A stretch of 39,759 bases of DNA from a virus (Duplodnaviria > Caudoviricetes). The DNA is taken from positions 1 to 39,759 of the IMG/VR virus record IMGVR_UViG_3300025590_000020. One strand, 5' to 3'. How positions within the stretch are numbered: the first letter of the stretch is position 1; each line of letters opens with the position of its first letter. The position numbers and the translations under genes are program-made. Positions 25,274-36,304 of the stretch are shown here, one piece after another. The notes under the pieces were generated by a model. That model ran no database searches, was not told where the DNA came from, and worked only from the letters and a program-made list of their open reading frames with translations.

Positions 25274-25285
25274 TTAGGATTAAAA

Positions 25286-27502
25286 ATGGCAAGAGTTCCA
25301 ACTGATACCTCTTCCCTGCGGGGAATGAGACAGGGTAGCCGCATCGTGGCACGTCCTGTGGACACGTACACGTCTGTCAGCAATCAGGTGAGCCGTAACT
25401 CTAAGGGTATGCAGATAGCTAATGCGTTAGCGCAGGTCGAGCCTACCCTTACAAGTTACTTTGACCGAACCGCAGAGACAAACAAAAAAGATGCAAAAGA
25501 AGAAGGCCTTCAAAGTTATTTAGAGGCATCTGCAACAGAGCGCAAAGCCTACGCAAGCAAGATTAAATCAGGTGAAATTGATGAAATCGAAAGCCCCTTC
25601 TTTATTGAGGGTCTCTCACGGGGTATCCTAAGAGATAAAGCACGTGAGTTTGGTAACGATCTAATGCGTGACTGGAACAGCAACAAAAACGGTATCAAAG
25701 ACGTAAGCAACTTTGTGGCTACACGTCAGGACGAGTTTATTAAAAAGAATGCCTTAGAGTTATTTGACGCTGAAGTCTTTAACGCTGAGTTTGGTACACG
25801 TGCTGAAGCTTTCGCCAACATGGTAAACCAACGTGCATATGAGCACGGTATTACACGAGCACGGCAGGCCCAGCTTACCAACTTAGGTAAGGACATGGTC
25901 GCAGCACGTAACGACAACTTTAATACGGAAACAGGACAGCTTGATGCTGTAGCTTACACCAAAGCCTCAAACGAAGTAATTCAAGATTACATCAATCAAG
26001 GCCTTGATCCGTCAGCGGCTATTAGTAATACTCTTTCCCACCTCGAAGCTGCAGGCCTTGAGGACCTTGAAAACCGCGACGTTTATATAAAGGCCATGAA
26101 AGGTATTAAAACACGTGTTGGTACCTACGGTGAAACAGGGACGGGAGCGCTTTCAGTTACAAAGCTTTCTGATCAGTTAGACAGTAAGTACGAGGCTCAA
26201 GAAGATAAAATTTACGAACAGGATATTAAAGACCAACAGCGTGAATTAGATGTTTTACAAGAAAACGCCTACACTCAACTGGTAAACGAAGGTCCTGAAT
26301 ATTTTGAAACTGAGGATGGTAAAAACCTACTGTCAGCTATTTTAGTTAATCCTCAAGGTGGGCAGGGTGTTGTAAACAATATTCGGTCTGAGATTGAATT
26401 TAGAGAAACGATTGTAAGTGACCCTGAGACGGTGGCTGATTTACAAAGCCAAGCGCTTTTAGGTCGAGACATCACGTCTGAAGTCTTAACCTCACGGGAA
26501 CTGAGTCCTCAAGATAAAGTCAACTTGCTAAAGGCTAGTCAACAAGGCCAACGTCTAGGTAACATTACCAATTCACTAGGTACTAACCACGTTGCAGGCT
26601 TTGTTAGCAACGCTACACGTTCAGATGCGAGTAACCCTCTCTCCTTTATGGAAGGCACTACTGCTTACACTAAACTGAAATCTGAAGCGCAAATAATTGC
26701 TAACAAGATTGTCTTAGCAGCGGCCAGTAAGTATGACCTTAATAACCCTGAGGAACAGGCAGAGGCTAATAATTACATCATAGATCAGCTTAGTAAGCAG
26801 GAAGCGCTTATCGAAGCTAAACGCGCAGAGATTAAAGGTGCGTCTGCGTACACAGTGGTAGGTAAACCCCCCGGCGATGTGGTTGAAATTGAAGAGACAG
26901 GACTGTCCCCTGATGTTAAGAAAACACTGCTTATTTTACCGCAATCATTTACTCAGACAGCATCTAAGTTAGCCGTCGAGGCAAATCGTCCCACATTTGT
27001 AATCCCCGAACCTGACTTGAAAGGTACGAATACCAACCCTCTGGATGGCATTGACAGTCTTGAGGACCTTGAGGGTCTTATTTATGAGTACAATCAGATT
27101 TCTATTGACCCAACAAGAGACTGGGGACAGTCGAGAGCCTTTGTTATGGCAGCGCGTCTAGGCGTTTCTGTTGAGGAAGTGCTGGGACAGGTAACGTCAA
27201 AAATCGTAGCTAATGCACCAGTTCCTGAAGTTGATGAGGATGTAGTCAATGACAAGATCCAAGTACGTGAGGCTCAAAACGAGCAGGACCGTATCCGCGC
27301 TGACATCTTTATGGGTCAGGCAAGAGCCTTATTCCCCGATCTTGTACCAGAAGACTTGCCCCAAGGACTTATGAGTTTCCTTGTGCAACCTGAAATAGCA
27401 CGGCTTCTAAGGGTACTGGAATACGATCTCGCAAATCAAGGGCCTAATTTCGGAAAAGAAATTGAGCGTCTAATCTTAAATTACGAAGGAGGACAGGAAT
27501 AA
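25286..27502 (+). CDS. Internal virion / ejection protein C (gp15-like)
   Basis: Position, 738 aa length, helical composition. Confidence 0.72.
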   Translation: MARVPTDTSSLRGMRQGSRIVARPVDTYTSVSNQVSRNSKGMQIANALAQVEPTLTSYFDRTAETNKKDAKEEGLQSYLEASATERKAYASKIKSGEIDEIESPFFIEGLSRGILRDKAREFGNDLMRDWNSNKNGIKDVSNFVATRQDEFIKKNALELFDAEVFNAEFGTRAEAFANMVNQRAYEHGITRARQAQLTNLGKDMVAARNDNFNTETGQLDAVAYTKASNEVIQDYINQGLDPSAAISNTLSHLEAAGLEDLENRDVYIKAMKGIKTRVGTYGETGTGALSVTKLSDQLDSKYEAQEDKIYEQDIKDQQRELDVLQENAYTQLVNEGPEYFETEDGKNLLSAILVNPQGGQGVVNNIRSEIEFRETIVSDPETVADLQSQALLGRDITSEVLTSRELSPQDKVNLLKASQQGQRLGNITNSLGTNHVAGFVSNATRSDASNPLSFMEGTTAYTKLKSEAQIIANKIVLAAASKYDLNNPEEQAEANNYIIDQLSKQEALIEAKRAEIKGASAYTVVGKPPGDVVEIEETGLSPDVKKTLLILPQSFTQTASKLAVEANRPTFVIPEPDLKGTNTNPLDGIDSLEDLEGLIYEYNQISIDPTRDWGQSRAFVMAARLGVSVEEVLGQVTSKIVANAPVPEVDEDVVNDKIQVREAQNEQDRIRADIFMGQARALFPDLVPEDLPQGLMSFLVQPEIARLLRVLEYDLANQGPNFGKEIERLILNYEGGQE

Positions 27503-30500
27503 TGCCCTTTGATAAAAACGGCAAATGGGTCCTCGACGAAGAGGCGCAGGCCGTCGTTGATAACGACATAGGATTCTGGGACGAAGTGGGTCGTGGTATA
27601 ACCTCAGGCACAGTTGATGCTGTTGAGGAAACCCTACAGTTTGGTAAATCAGCTATCGACACTGCGATTGAGTTCACAGGTTATGAAGGTTTTGAGGATA
27701 CTCGGACGCCTATAATTAAATACCAACCTAACCGTCCCCGAACAATGGGCGGTAAAATTGTTGAAGACCTTACTCAGTTTGGCCTAGGATTTATAGGTGC
27801 TGGTAAGATCAAATTGGTAGGAAAGCTTGGACGCGGTCTTGATAACGCCTTAATGGGTAAAGGCTGGAGCCGTAACATTCGTCAAGGTGCTGTAGGTGAT
27901 ACAATCGTATCAAACCCCTATGAAGAGCGGTTGTCTAACGTCTTGGAGGACGTGCCTGCTCTTGATAACGTGGTAACACAGTATCTAGCTGCGGACCCTG
28001 AAGACAGCTATGCTGAAGGCAAGTTTAAAGCAGGTATCGAAGGTGCCTTAACAGGTGCCGCAGTTGAAGCTGTGTTCAAAGTAGCTAGGGCATTTAAGCG
28101 TACTGAACGTGCTATTGACGCAGGCGAAGATATTACTGAGTCCGTCGCTAAACAGGATTTAGAGATTGATGCTGCGGTTAAGTTAGACGTTGAGGAGGTG
28201 GCTACAGAAAATGCAGTTACTCAAGCACTCAAGGCTGATTTAGTTGCTGAACAGAAAGCTAAGGGTACAACTAACACCCCACAGACTATTCTAGATGACG
28301 GTTTAGAAGAGGTAGGTGAGACTGTAGTTCCTAAGCTAACAGCTACAAAAGAGTTGATTAGACGTAAACTAGATGACGGCCTTAAGAATAGAACCAAGGA
28401 CGAAGTCATAAAAGGCACGTCTAAAAAAGAGCTGGTTAGTTATGCTGAAATGCTTGGCATTAAACTGTCTTCTAAAAACTCAAAAACTAAAGCTACTCTT
28501 CTCAATACGATTGTTGACGATCTTTACAAAGGAGTGGACGTTCCTAGCAAGGGAGCGGAAGTTCCTAAAGCAAATAAAACTGTTAACTTAGAAACCAAAG
28601 TTTCTGATAACGGTGTTAAAGCGCCTACTAAGGTTAAACTAAAGAAACTCGACGCTGCTCAGCTACAAAACATTGCTAAAAACCCAGAGCAACTCGGTGA
28701 TTCCTTAAAGAAGGGTAACCTGTACGATCCTAAAACTTGGGACCCTACTAACCCTGCGGGTGTTAAAGACACAGTCTCTAATCTTATTAAAATCAACGCA
28801 AAAGAATTTCAGGCAGTTCGAGGCACTCAGTCTTGGAAAGATGCTGAGAATGACATTGCTGAACGATTTGGAGATATGTTTGGTCTTAAAAACGAAGAGA
28901 TTGCTGGTATCGTAACTAACTTTACAAAGGCTACTGAGGACGCCTCATTTGTTCTTGGGGCTGCTGAAAGCGTGGTAAAGAAACAGTATGAAGAGCTGTA
29001 TGACAAACTATTAGATGTACGGTTTAACACTGAAGATGCGTTTACTCAGACAACTTTAGAAGCGCTTGAGAGTTCTTCAATGTTGCTCAAGTCCCTTCAG
29101 GGACAAGAAACAGCCTTTGGTCGAGCTTTAAACCTTCGTAAAAAGCCAGTAATGGATGCTGATCAGCTTAAGAGAAACTCACTTGAACGTGACGACATCG
29201 TAGAACTAGATCATGTCCTAAAAGCTTACGGCGGTAAGAAAGGCTTAGAACAGCTTCGAGCCTCCTTTGTTGCTGCTGGTCGTGGTAACTATAAAGCCAT
29301 GAACAAGGTTATTAAGGCTACTCAAGAAAGCAACGCCACTAAAGGTATGCGGTCTGTAGTTGAGCTTTTCCGTTCTATGATCTTGTTAAACACTAAGACG
29401 CACGTAACCAACTTGGCGTCGGGTGGTATTGAAACCTTCCTGCGTCCAATGGAGGGCTATCTTGGGTCCTTTATGGGTAAAGGTGCTTTCTCAGCGGAAG
29501 CCGCGGCAGCACGGAGTTACTACGGTGCGCAAGTAGAAGGGCTCTTTATGGGCTTTGATGCTGCAATCGTTCAAGCGTCTAGAGCGTTTACGCTTGAGAA
29601 AAACCTCCTAGATACTGTTGGTAAGGTTGATGACATCACTCAAGCCAATAAGATTACTAGCGAGTATTGGGATGTAGCGTCTGACACGTTCCTTGGTGGT
29701 TTCTTAAACTACACAGGTAAAGCAAGTCGCATGTCCTTACGGGCTTTGGGGGCTGAGGATGAGTTCTTTAAACAAATCAACTACCGCTCGGCTGTCTACG
29801 CTTCTTCAAAGCTAGAAGGCGTTGGGCGTGGTCTTAAGGGTAAAGAGCTTACGGCCTTCATCTCAAAGAACATCGACGATGCTTTTGACGCCTCAGGAGC
29901 GGCTGCTACTGCTAACGGTAAATTTAAGCACTCACAGGCTGTTGATATGGCCCGTCGTGTTACCTTTACACAGGAGCTTCGTAAGGGCTCCCATGCTCAA
30001 AAGCTTCACTCGTTTGTGTCGAACAACCCCTCGTTCCAGATGGTGTTACCCTTTGTACGGACCCCAACTAACTTAATCACCTCGGCAGTCCAGCGTACCC
30101 CAATGCTTAGTAAGCTTTCTAAAGACTTACAGGAGCAGCTTAATAGCACTGATATGGTTATACGTTCGCAGGCTCAAGGTAAGTTGGCCACCGGAATGGT
30201 GATTTACGGCGGCGCACTAAGTCTTGTTTATAAAGGCCTAGTGACTGGCGCAGGCCCGTCCGATCCAGCACAGAACCGCACATGGCGACAAGCAGGTAAC
30301 CAACCCTATAGCATCAAAGTAGGTGGTAAATGGGTGAGCTACCAACGCATGGACCCTAATTTCATGCCAATCGCTGCAGTGGCAAACATGTATGACTCTG
30401 TAGCTTATTCACCTTCATTTTCTGGTGACCCAAAAGACATTGCGAGTGTACCCGTTGGTGACCTAGCTATCTCTATGATCTTAGGTATTACAAAGACTGT

Positions 30501-31218
30501 GGAGGATAAGGCGTATTTTCAAGGCATCTCTAACTTGATTGCTGCTTTAACAAGCGAAAACCCTGCACAGAAAAACTCGTTACGCCGAATTGGTGAGCAA
30601 TATGTGAGCTCATTTGTACCTACAGCCCCTGAACAAATTTACGAAGGGATGCAGTACCTGATGGCCGGACAACCTGAAGAAATGAAGGAAGCAGTAGGTC
30701 TAATAGACAAAATCCGACGTAGATGGGTTACCTCAAACGACGAGTTGCCAACAAAGTATAATTGGTTAACAGGTAAGCCTATGATTAACTACGGGGGCTT
30801 CTCAGGTATTCCAGTAAGAGATGTGACGGAAGATAAAGTTTTAGAAGAGCTGGTAAACCTAAAAGTAGGTTTCCGCGGCCCAACTAAGACTATGTCAGAT
30901 TTAAAGTTCCAACTTAATACTGAGGAATTTGCAGCGTATCAACGCCTTACAGGTACTTCTAAGATAAATGGCAGGAACCTTATGGGCAACCTTGAGAAAC
31001 TGTTTGCAAGTGAAGCTTATAGTGCTGCGGCAAGTGACTTTGAGTTGACAGCCGAAGGCTTCAATAAGCAGGCGGATTTAACCCGTAAGGTCATCTCTGC
31101 TCATATCCAGAACGCAAGGGCAGAACTTATACAAGAGTTCCCAGAGCTCAGAGATGAGTATGTTGCCCGTAAAGTAGCAAAACAAACTGGACAGCAACTC
31201 CTCGATTTCAATCGTTAA
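27502..31218 (+). CDS. Internal virion / ejection protein D (gp16-like)
   Basis: Position, 1238 aa; DEFFK..NYR, PFVRTP.N, SYQRMDP. Confidence 0.8.
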   Translation: MPFDKNGKWVLDEEAQAVVDNDIGFWDEVGRGITSGTVDAVEETLQFGKSAIDTAIEFTGYEGFEDTRTPIIKYQPNRPRTMGGKIVEDLTQFGLGFIGAGKIKLVGKLGRGLDNALMGKGWSRNIRQGAVGDTIVSNPYEERLSNVLEDVPALDNVVTQYLAADPEDSYAEGKFKAGIEGALTGAAVEAVFKVARAFKRTERAIDAGEDITESVAKQDLEIDAAVKLDVEEVATENAVTQALKADLVAEQKAKGTTNTPQTILDDGLEEVGETVVPKLTATKELIRRKLDDGLKNRTKDEVIKGTSKKELVSYAEMLGIKLSSKNSKTKATLLNTIVDDLYKGVDVPSKGAEVPKANKTVNLETKVSDNGVKAPTKVKLKKLDAAQLQNIAKNPEQLGDSLKKGNLYDPKTWDPTNPAGVKDTVSNLIKINAKEFQAVRGTQSWKDAENDIAERFGDMFGLKNEEIAGIVTNFTKATEDASFVLGAAESVVKKQYEELYDKLLDVRFNTEDAFTQTTLEALESSSMLLKSLQGQETAFGRALNLRKKPVMDADQLKRNSLERDDIVELDHVLKAYGGKKGLEQLRASFVAAGRGNYKAMNKVIKATQESNATKGMRSVVELFRSMILLNTKTHVTNLASGGIETFLRPMEGYLGSFMGKGAFSAEAAAARSYYGAQVEGLFMGFDAAIVQASRAFTLEKNLLDTVGKVDDITQANKITSEYWDVASDTFLGGFLNYTGKASRMSLRALGAEDEFFKQINYRSAVYASSKLEGVGRGLKGKELTAFISKNIDDAFDASGAAATANGKFKHSQAVDMARRVTFTQELRKGSHAQKLHSFVSNNPSFQMVLPFVRTPTNLITSAVQRTPMLSKLSKDLQEQLNSTDMVIRSQAQGKLATGMVIYGGALSLVYKGLVTGAGPSDPAQNRTWRQAGNQPYSIKVGGKWVSYQRMDPNFMPIAAVANMYDSVAYSPSFSGDPKDIASVPVGDLAISMILGITKTVEDKAYFQGISNLIAALTSENPAQKNSLRRIGEQYVSSFVPTAPEQIYEGMQYLMAGQPEEMKEAVGLIDKIRRRWVTSNDELPTKYNWLTGKPMINYGGFSGIPVRDVTEDKVLEELVNLKVGFRGPTKTMSDLKFQLNTEEFAAYQRLTGTSKINGRNLMGNLEKLFASEAYSAAASDFELTAEGFNKQADLTRKVISAHIQNARAELIQEFPELRDEYVARKVAKQTGQQLLDFNR

Positions 31219-31223
31219 CGAAC

Positions 31224-31248
31224 GGCCCCTCTTCGGAGGGGTCTTTTT
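31224..31248 (+). terminator. Rho-independent terminator
   Basis: GGCCCCTC-TTCG-GAGGGGTC, then T5. Confidence 0.9.
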
Positions 31249-31262
31249 CATACAGGTATTAA

Positions 31263-33077
31263 ATGGCTATTATTGCTAATTACACTGCCGACGGCGGTGC
31301 TTCGACGTTTGCCGTGCCTTTTGAATACATGAACGAAGCTGATGTTCTTGTACTCGTTAACGGTACTGCAACTACAAATTTTACTTTTACCTCTACAAAT
31401 ACAATCGTACTCAATACCCTGCCGGAAGCAGGCGCTTTGGTGGTTATTGAGCGTTCCACCTCAACTGCACCTGTCGTTGTTTTCACACAAGGATCAAACT
31501 TAAACGCTGAAGACTTAAACCTTTTAAGCCAGCAGGCTCGTTTTCTATCTGAAGAGGCTAGTTACAAAGCTGGTTTAGGCATCAGGCTTAATCCCAACAC
31601 CAATACGTGGGATGGCCAAGGGTTCAGCTTTAATAATATTGGTAACCCAACTGAAGACGATGAAATTGCCACCCGTGGGTATGTAGATACGGTTGGAGAG
31701 TCAGTTATTGGAACAGCAGTTTCAGTACGTGACCAACTTTATGGTCTTACTACCTCGCTGGTCCGTCTGCCTTATGGTTCTGATGGTTATAGTGAATACG
31801 ATCCAAGCAGCGGGAACCTAGCGTTCTTCTTATCTGAAGGTCCTCAAGGTCCTACAGGTGCCACGGGCTCCTCCGGCCCTACAGGTCCTCAAGGCCCTGA
31901 TGGTACAGAAGGCCCTCGCGGTCCTGAAGGTCCTAGGGGTCCTGAAGGCGGCTTAGGCCCTCAAGGGGAGACAGGTAGCCAAGGCGTTACAGGTATCCAA
32001 GGCCCCGTCGGTCCTCAAGGTATCCAAGGCATCACTGGTGACCAAGGTAACATAGGCGAAACAGGTCCTACAGGTCCTCAAGGCATTACAGGTCCGACAG
32101 GTACTCAAGGCCCTGAAGGCGCTGAAGGTGCTACAGGTTCCGTGGGTCCTCAAGGTCCTACAGGTGATCAGGGTCCTATTGGTGCTACAGGCTCTTCAGG
32201 ACCGATTGGCTCCCAAGGTGCTGAAGGTATTCAGGGTAACCTAGGACCGACAGGTCCCACAGGGCCTCAAGGTCTTACAGGTGATACTGGCCCTCTCGGT
32301 CCTCAAGGTGATCAGGGTCCTACAGGCTCTACAGGTGCTACAGGCTCCACAGGTCCTCAAGGCCTCATTGGTGATACAGGTCTCACAGGTGCTACAGGCC
32401 CTGAGGGTCCTACAGGTGCCACAGGCTCCCAAGGTCCTCAAGGCCTCATTGGTGATACAGGTCTCACAGGTGCTACAGGCCCTGAGGGTCCTACAGGTGC
32501 TACAGGTTCCCAAGGTCCTCAAGGCCTCATTGGTGACACAGGTCTCACAGGTGCAACAGGCCCTGAGGGTCCTACTGGTGCTACAGGCTCTACAGGTCCT
32601 CAAGGCCTCATTGGTGGTACAGGTCTCACAGGTTCTACAGGCTCTGAGGGTCCTACAGGTGCTACAGGCTCCACAGGTCCTCGAGGCCTTATTGGTGCCA
32701 CAGGTGATACCGGCCCTCAAGGTCCTCAAGGTGATCAGGGTATTCAAGGTCCTCAAGGTACGACAGGCTCTACAGGGGCCACAGGTGATCAAGGTCCTAG
32801 AGGCATCCAAGGCGTTGAAGGTTCGCAGGGCCCGTTGGGCCCAGAAGGTCCAACAGGTCCAGAGGGCCCAGAAGGTCCATTAGGCGGACAGGGTGATGTA
32901 GGCCCTACAGGTCCCGAAGGCCCCACAGGTGTAATGGGTTCTACCCCGTTAGGTTTAGCTTTTGGCACGTTCTCCATCAATTCAGATGGGGAGCTTCAGA
33001 TAGAATATTATGGAGATGCTAACGACAACGATTTCTCAATCGACGCCAATGGCTTTCTCTATGTAACAACGGTGTAA
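31263..33077 (+). CDS. Tail fibre with T7 gp17-like N-terminal anchor and long collagen (Gly-X-Y) domain
   Basis: F.VPFEY....V.V, I.R.T, F..GS.L.A.DLN, then an uninterrupted Gly-X-Y tract. Confidence 0.92.
   Translation: MAIIANYTADGGASTFAVPFEYMNEADVLVLVNGTATTNFTFTSTNTIVLNTLPEAGALVVIERSTSTAPVVVFTQGSNLNAEDLNLLSQQARFLSEEASYKAGLGIRLNPNTNTWDGQGFSFNNIGNPTEDDEIATRGYVDTVGESVIGTAVSVRDQLYGLTTSLVRLPYGSDGYSEYDPSSGNLAFFLSEGPQGPTGATGSSGPTGPQGPDGTEGPRGPEGPRGPEGGLGPQGETGSQGVTGIQGPVGPQGIQGITGDQGNIGETGPTGPQGITGPTGTQGPEGAEGATGSVGPQGPTGDQGPIGATGSSGPIGSQGAEGIQGNLGPTGPTGPQGLTGDTGPLGPQGDQGPTGSTGATGSTGPQGLIGDTGLTGATGPEGPTGATGSQGPQGLIGDTGLTGATGPEGPTGATGSQGPQGLIGDTGLTGATGPEGPTGATGSTGPQGLIGGTGLTGSTGSEGPTGATGSTGPRGLIGATGDTGPQGPQGDQGIQGPQGTTGSTGATGDQGPRGIQGVEGSQGPLGPEGPTGPEGPEGPLGGQGDVGPTGPEGPTGVMGSTPLGLAFGTFSINSDGELQIEYYGDANDNDFSIDANGFLYVTTV
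32352..32700 (+). repeat. 81-bp coding tandem repeat (4+ units)
   Basis: Units start at 32352, 32433, 32514, 32595 and 32676 ([27 protein letters not shown]). Confidence 0.9.
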
Positions 33078-33082
33078 AATAT

Positions 33083-34831
33083 ATGGCTCAGATAAATATT
33101 GGTCGTGTGCGAATGGGTTGGAAGGGAACTTGGGTTTCCTCTACTGCTTATGTCGCGCAGGATGCTGTTTACTATGACGGCGAAACATTTGTTGCTAAAA
33201 TCAACGTCCCCGTTGGTACAGTAACAACTAACACAACCTACTGGCAGCAAGTTGCTCAGAAGGGTACAAATGGTGCCAATGGTGCTGATGGTTCTACCGG
33301 ACCACAGGGTTCTGTAGGTCTTCAAGGGCCTACGGGTCCAGAAGGTCCAGAAGGTCCTCAAGGTGACACAGGTCCTACGGGTCCTACAGGTCCTGACGGT
33401 CCTCAAGGTTTAATAGGTCCTATAGGCTCTACAGGAGCTACAGGCTCCACAGGTACTCAAGGTCCTGAAGGTCCAGACGGTCCTACAGGTCCAACAGGTC
33501 CTCAAGGCCTCATTGGTGATACAGGTCTCACAGGTCCTCAAGGTGGTATTGGTCTTACAGGTGGTACAGGCCCGACAGGTCCTCAAGGCGACGACGGTCC
33601 AACAGGTCCTACAGGTCCTCAAGGTGGTATAGGTCTTACAGGTGGTACAGGCCCAACAGGTCCTCAAGGCGAAGATGGTCCTACAGGTCCTACAGGTCCT
33701 CAAGGTGGTATAGGTCTTACAGGTGGTACAGGCCCGACAGGTCCTCAAGGCGACGATGGTCCTACAGGTCCTACAGGTCCTCAAGGTGGTATTGGTCTTA
33801 CAGGTGCCACAGGACCTCAAGGTCCTCAAGGTGACACGGGTGCCATAGGTTCTACAGGTCCTCAAGGTGCTACAGGCCCGACAGGTCCCACAGGGCCCAC
33901 GGGCTCGACAGGGGACACAGGCTCTACAGGTCTTACAGGTCCTACAGGTCTTACAGGTCCTACAGGTCCTCAGGGCGACGATGGTCCTACAGGTCCTACA
34001 GGCTCTACAGGAGCTACAGGCTCCACAGGTCCTACAGGTCCTGAAGGTCCAGACGGTCCAACAGGTCCTACAGGTCCTACAGGCCCGTCGGGTCCTAAAG
34101 GTGATAAAGGGAACATAGGCTCTACAGGTTCTCAAGGTGCCACAGGCCCACAAGGTCCTACAGGTCCTGAGGGTGATGCAGGACCTGCGGGTTCAACAGG
34201 TTCTCAAGGGCCCACGGGGCCTCAAGGACCTGAAGGTGATCAGGGTGCTACAGGTTCTACAGGTGCTACAGGTCCAGCAGGCGGTACAGGCCCTGCGGGT
34301 GCTGCAGGTCCTCAAGGTACCACCGGAGCGCAAGGCTCTACAGGTGCCACAGGTCCTACAGGTGCCACAGGTCCTTCAGGTGCTACATGGGCAGTAAACA
34401 ACTCGTGGCGCGTTACGCCTGATGGTGATCAACGCTTCTACTTCGCTACAGACAGTCACACCTATATCAAGTCAGCTAGTGATGTTTACATCAGGGCTGG
34501 TGGCGACACTACACGCTTTACCGTGGCTTCTAATGGTAACTGCACAGCCACAGGAAACCTTACAGCGTATTCTGACGAACGATTAAAGACAGATATTGAG
34601 ACAATAAATGACGCTCTCGGTAAAGTCGAAGCACTTCGGGGCGTAACCTTTGTGAAAGACGGAACGAACAACATAGGTGTTATCGCTCAGGAAGTTCAAG
34701 AAGTCATACCAGAGGTCGTCATTCAGAATGATGAATATCTTTCGGTTGCTTACGGTAACCTTGTTGGTCTCCTTATTGAGGCCGTTAAGGACCTTTCTCA
34801 ACAGGTAAAGGAAATAAAGAATGGCAGTTAA
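33083..34831 (+). CDS. Second collagen-like fibre with C-terminal intramolecular chaperone (peptidase S74-like)
   Basis: Aromatic N-terminal module, Gly-X-Y tract, SDERLKTDI...GVIAQEV...V.YGNL..LLIEAVK. Confidence 0.9.
   Translation: MAQINIGRVRMGWKGTWVSSTAYVAQDAVYYDGETFVAKINVPVGTVTTNTTYWQQVAQKGTNGANGADGSTGPQGSVGLQGPTGPEGPEGPQGDTGPTGPTGPDGPQGLIGPIGSTGATGSTGTQGPEGPDGPTGPTGPQGLIGDTGLTGPQGGIGLTGGTGPTGPQGDDGPTGPTGPQGGIGLTGGTGPTGPQGEDGPTGPTGPQGGIGLTGGTGPTGPQGDDGPTGPTGPQGGIGLTGATGPQGPQGDTGAIGSTGPQGATGPTGPTGPTGSTGDTGSTGLTGPTGLTGPTGPQGDDGPTGPTGSTGATGSTGPTGPEGPDGPTGPTGPTGPSGPKGDKGNIGSTGSQGATGPQGPTGPEGDAGPAGSTGSQGPTGPQGPEGDQGATGSTGATGPAGGTGPAGAAGPQGTTGAQGSTGATGPTGATGPSGATWAVNNSWRVTPDGDQRFYFATDSHTYIKSASDVYIRAGGDTTRFTVASNGNCTATGNLTAYSDERLKTDIETINDALGKVEALRGVTFVKDGTNNIGVIAQEVQEVIPEVVIQNDEYLSVAYGNLVGLLIEAVKDLSQQVKEIKNGS
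33533..33805 (+). repeat. 81-bp coding tandem repeat (3+ units)
   Basis: Units start at 33533, 33614, 33695 and 33776 ([27 protein letters not shown]). Confidence 0.9.
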
Positions 34832-35894
34832 ATCAAGTGGTTCACTTGCTATGACTGATATTGTTAATGAGTTTGGGGGGTCCGCCCCTCATTCTCTTAA
34901 CGAATATTACGGAGTAGCCGCGGGTATCGCTACTTCAGGAACAATAACGTACAGCAGCTTTTATGGTGCCTCAGCAGTAATATCATTAACTTATCCCGCT
35001 GGTAATCACCAAAAGGTAAACCTACAATCTTGGGTTACAGGTTTGGGATATAGTGTCCCTAACAATTTTGAAATCACAATTAACAGCGGTACTACGTTTT
35101 GGTCCAACGACATAGGTGTTCCCGCGTTAACAACAGGCAATTTAGGCACCCTTATTCTTAATAATAACGGTATCATTATGGGTAAGGGCGGGGATGCTGT
35201 TCAATATAACATTCCAGACGCATTTAGAAAGCAAACAGGAAGCAATTGGGGTCTTACTCTAACAGCGGCTGGATGGCGTGCAAGCGTAGTAACACCCGCT
35301 CAAAACGGTGGGCCTGCTCTATCAGTTAATTGTACAGCAACAATAAACAACTCAGGCTACATTGCAGGTGGAGGAGCTGGAGGTGTTCTGGCAACAAGTG
35401 CTAACACCGTCGTAGGTAGTCAGTATGAATTTTGGGACGCCACCCTAAAGCCTATCGTTGTGTACGGACAGTACGATAGTTCAACACCCATGGCCTCAAT
35501 ATTCTATGGGCCTTACTGTAATTACGTCCCAGCCTCTAGGACATTTTCAGATAACACTGTTTCATCTGGTGCTACCATTAAAATTACTCCCATAGCTGGC
35601 TTTGGTCAGGGAGGAGGAGCTGGTGGCGGACGTGGCGGACGCTCTTTGTTAGCAGAGTATAGAGTTATTGGGGAAGATATCCCGTACTGGGCAACGGAGA
35701 TACCCCCTGCACTTACGGGCATAAACCAGACAGGAACGCAAGCGTTTAGACAACTGGGAACTGACGCCAATTACTTAGTAAACGATACAGGTAATGCTGC
35801 AACTATTGCAGCCACGCCTTCCGACGGAGGGGGCGCAGGCGGTGCTGTCCACTGGAGTTCTCAAACTAGCTCAGGCGGCGGGGAAAATTATTAA
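34821..35894 (+). CDS. Glycine-rich receptor-binding adhesin, N-terminal part (T-even gp38-like)
   Basis: [31 protein letters not shown] and further poly-Gly motifs; follows a fibre with an S74-like chaperone. Confidence 0.7.
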   Translation: MAVKSSGSLAMTDIVNEFGGSAPHSLNEYYGVAAGIATSGTITYSSFYGASAVISLTYPAGNHQKVNLQSWVTGLGYSVPNNFEITINSGTTFWSNDIGVPALTTGNLGTLILNNNGIIMGKGGDAVQYNIPDAFRKQTGSNWGLTLTAAGWRASVVTPAQNGGPALSVNCTATINNSGYIAGGGAGGVLATSANTVVGSQYEFWDATLKPIVVYGQYDSSTPMASIFYGPYCNYVPASRTFSDNTVSSGATIKITPIAGFGQGGGAGGGRGGRSLLAEYRVIGEDIPYWATEIPPALTGINQTGTQAFRQLGTDANYLVNDTGNAATIAATPSDGGGAGGAVHWSSQTSSGGGENY

Positions 35895-35908
35895 ATGGAG
35901 AAATTATA

Positions 35909-36304
35909 ATGTGTGGTGGAGGCGGACAAGATACTTTTGTTGTCAAATTTCAACGAGGATTTTCAGGAGCCAGCGGTGGTACAGTAATCCCTACAAGGGT
36001 CTACGACACCAACGACGGTGCTTATGTAAGCACAGGATCAGGAAATTATACAGCAAGAGGACTAGCACCAGTAATAAACAACCAAGGTAACAATGGTTAT
36101 GGACAGCGTTCACCAACGATGACGTATTCAGAGTTTACAAACCATATTAATCAACAAAACCTTAATGCAAACGCTCTTGGCAATAATAACTACCTTTTCA
36201 CTTATGAGTTTGATAACGGAAAACTTGGAGGCCCTGCGGTTGTAACTAATGGAAACTCAGTAACGATCAACAACACTACAAATGTATGGGGGTCAGTTTC
36301 CTAA
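35909..36304 (+). CDS. Probable C-terminal part of the Gly-rich adhesin (separate frame)
   Basis: GGGG and GASGG motifs; ends GKLGGPAVVTNG...NVWGSVS like gp38-type C-termini; frame open from 35870. Confidence 0.6.
   Translation: MCGGGGQDTFVVKFQRGFSGASGGTVIPTRVYDTNDGAYVSTGSGNYTARGLAPVINNQGNNGYGQRSPTMTYSEFTNHINQQNLNANALGNNNYLFTYEFDNGKLGGPAVVTNGNSVTINNTTNVWGSVS

Noticed and set aside
32352-33805. CRISPR array or DGR-like repeats
   Set aside because: Repeats are contiguous, in frame and coding; no spacers, cas genes or reverse transcriptase
31953-34397. Long antisense and alternate-frame ORFs (RTC- and LQV-rich)
   Set aside because: Shadows of the Gly-X-Y codon repeats, which lack stops in other frames
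35881-35887. Canonical -1 slippery heptamer G GGA AAA
   Set aside because: It is in register with the downstream frame, not the upstream ORF, so classical tandem slippage is not supported
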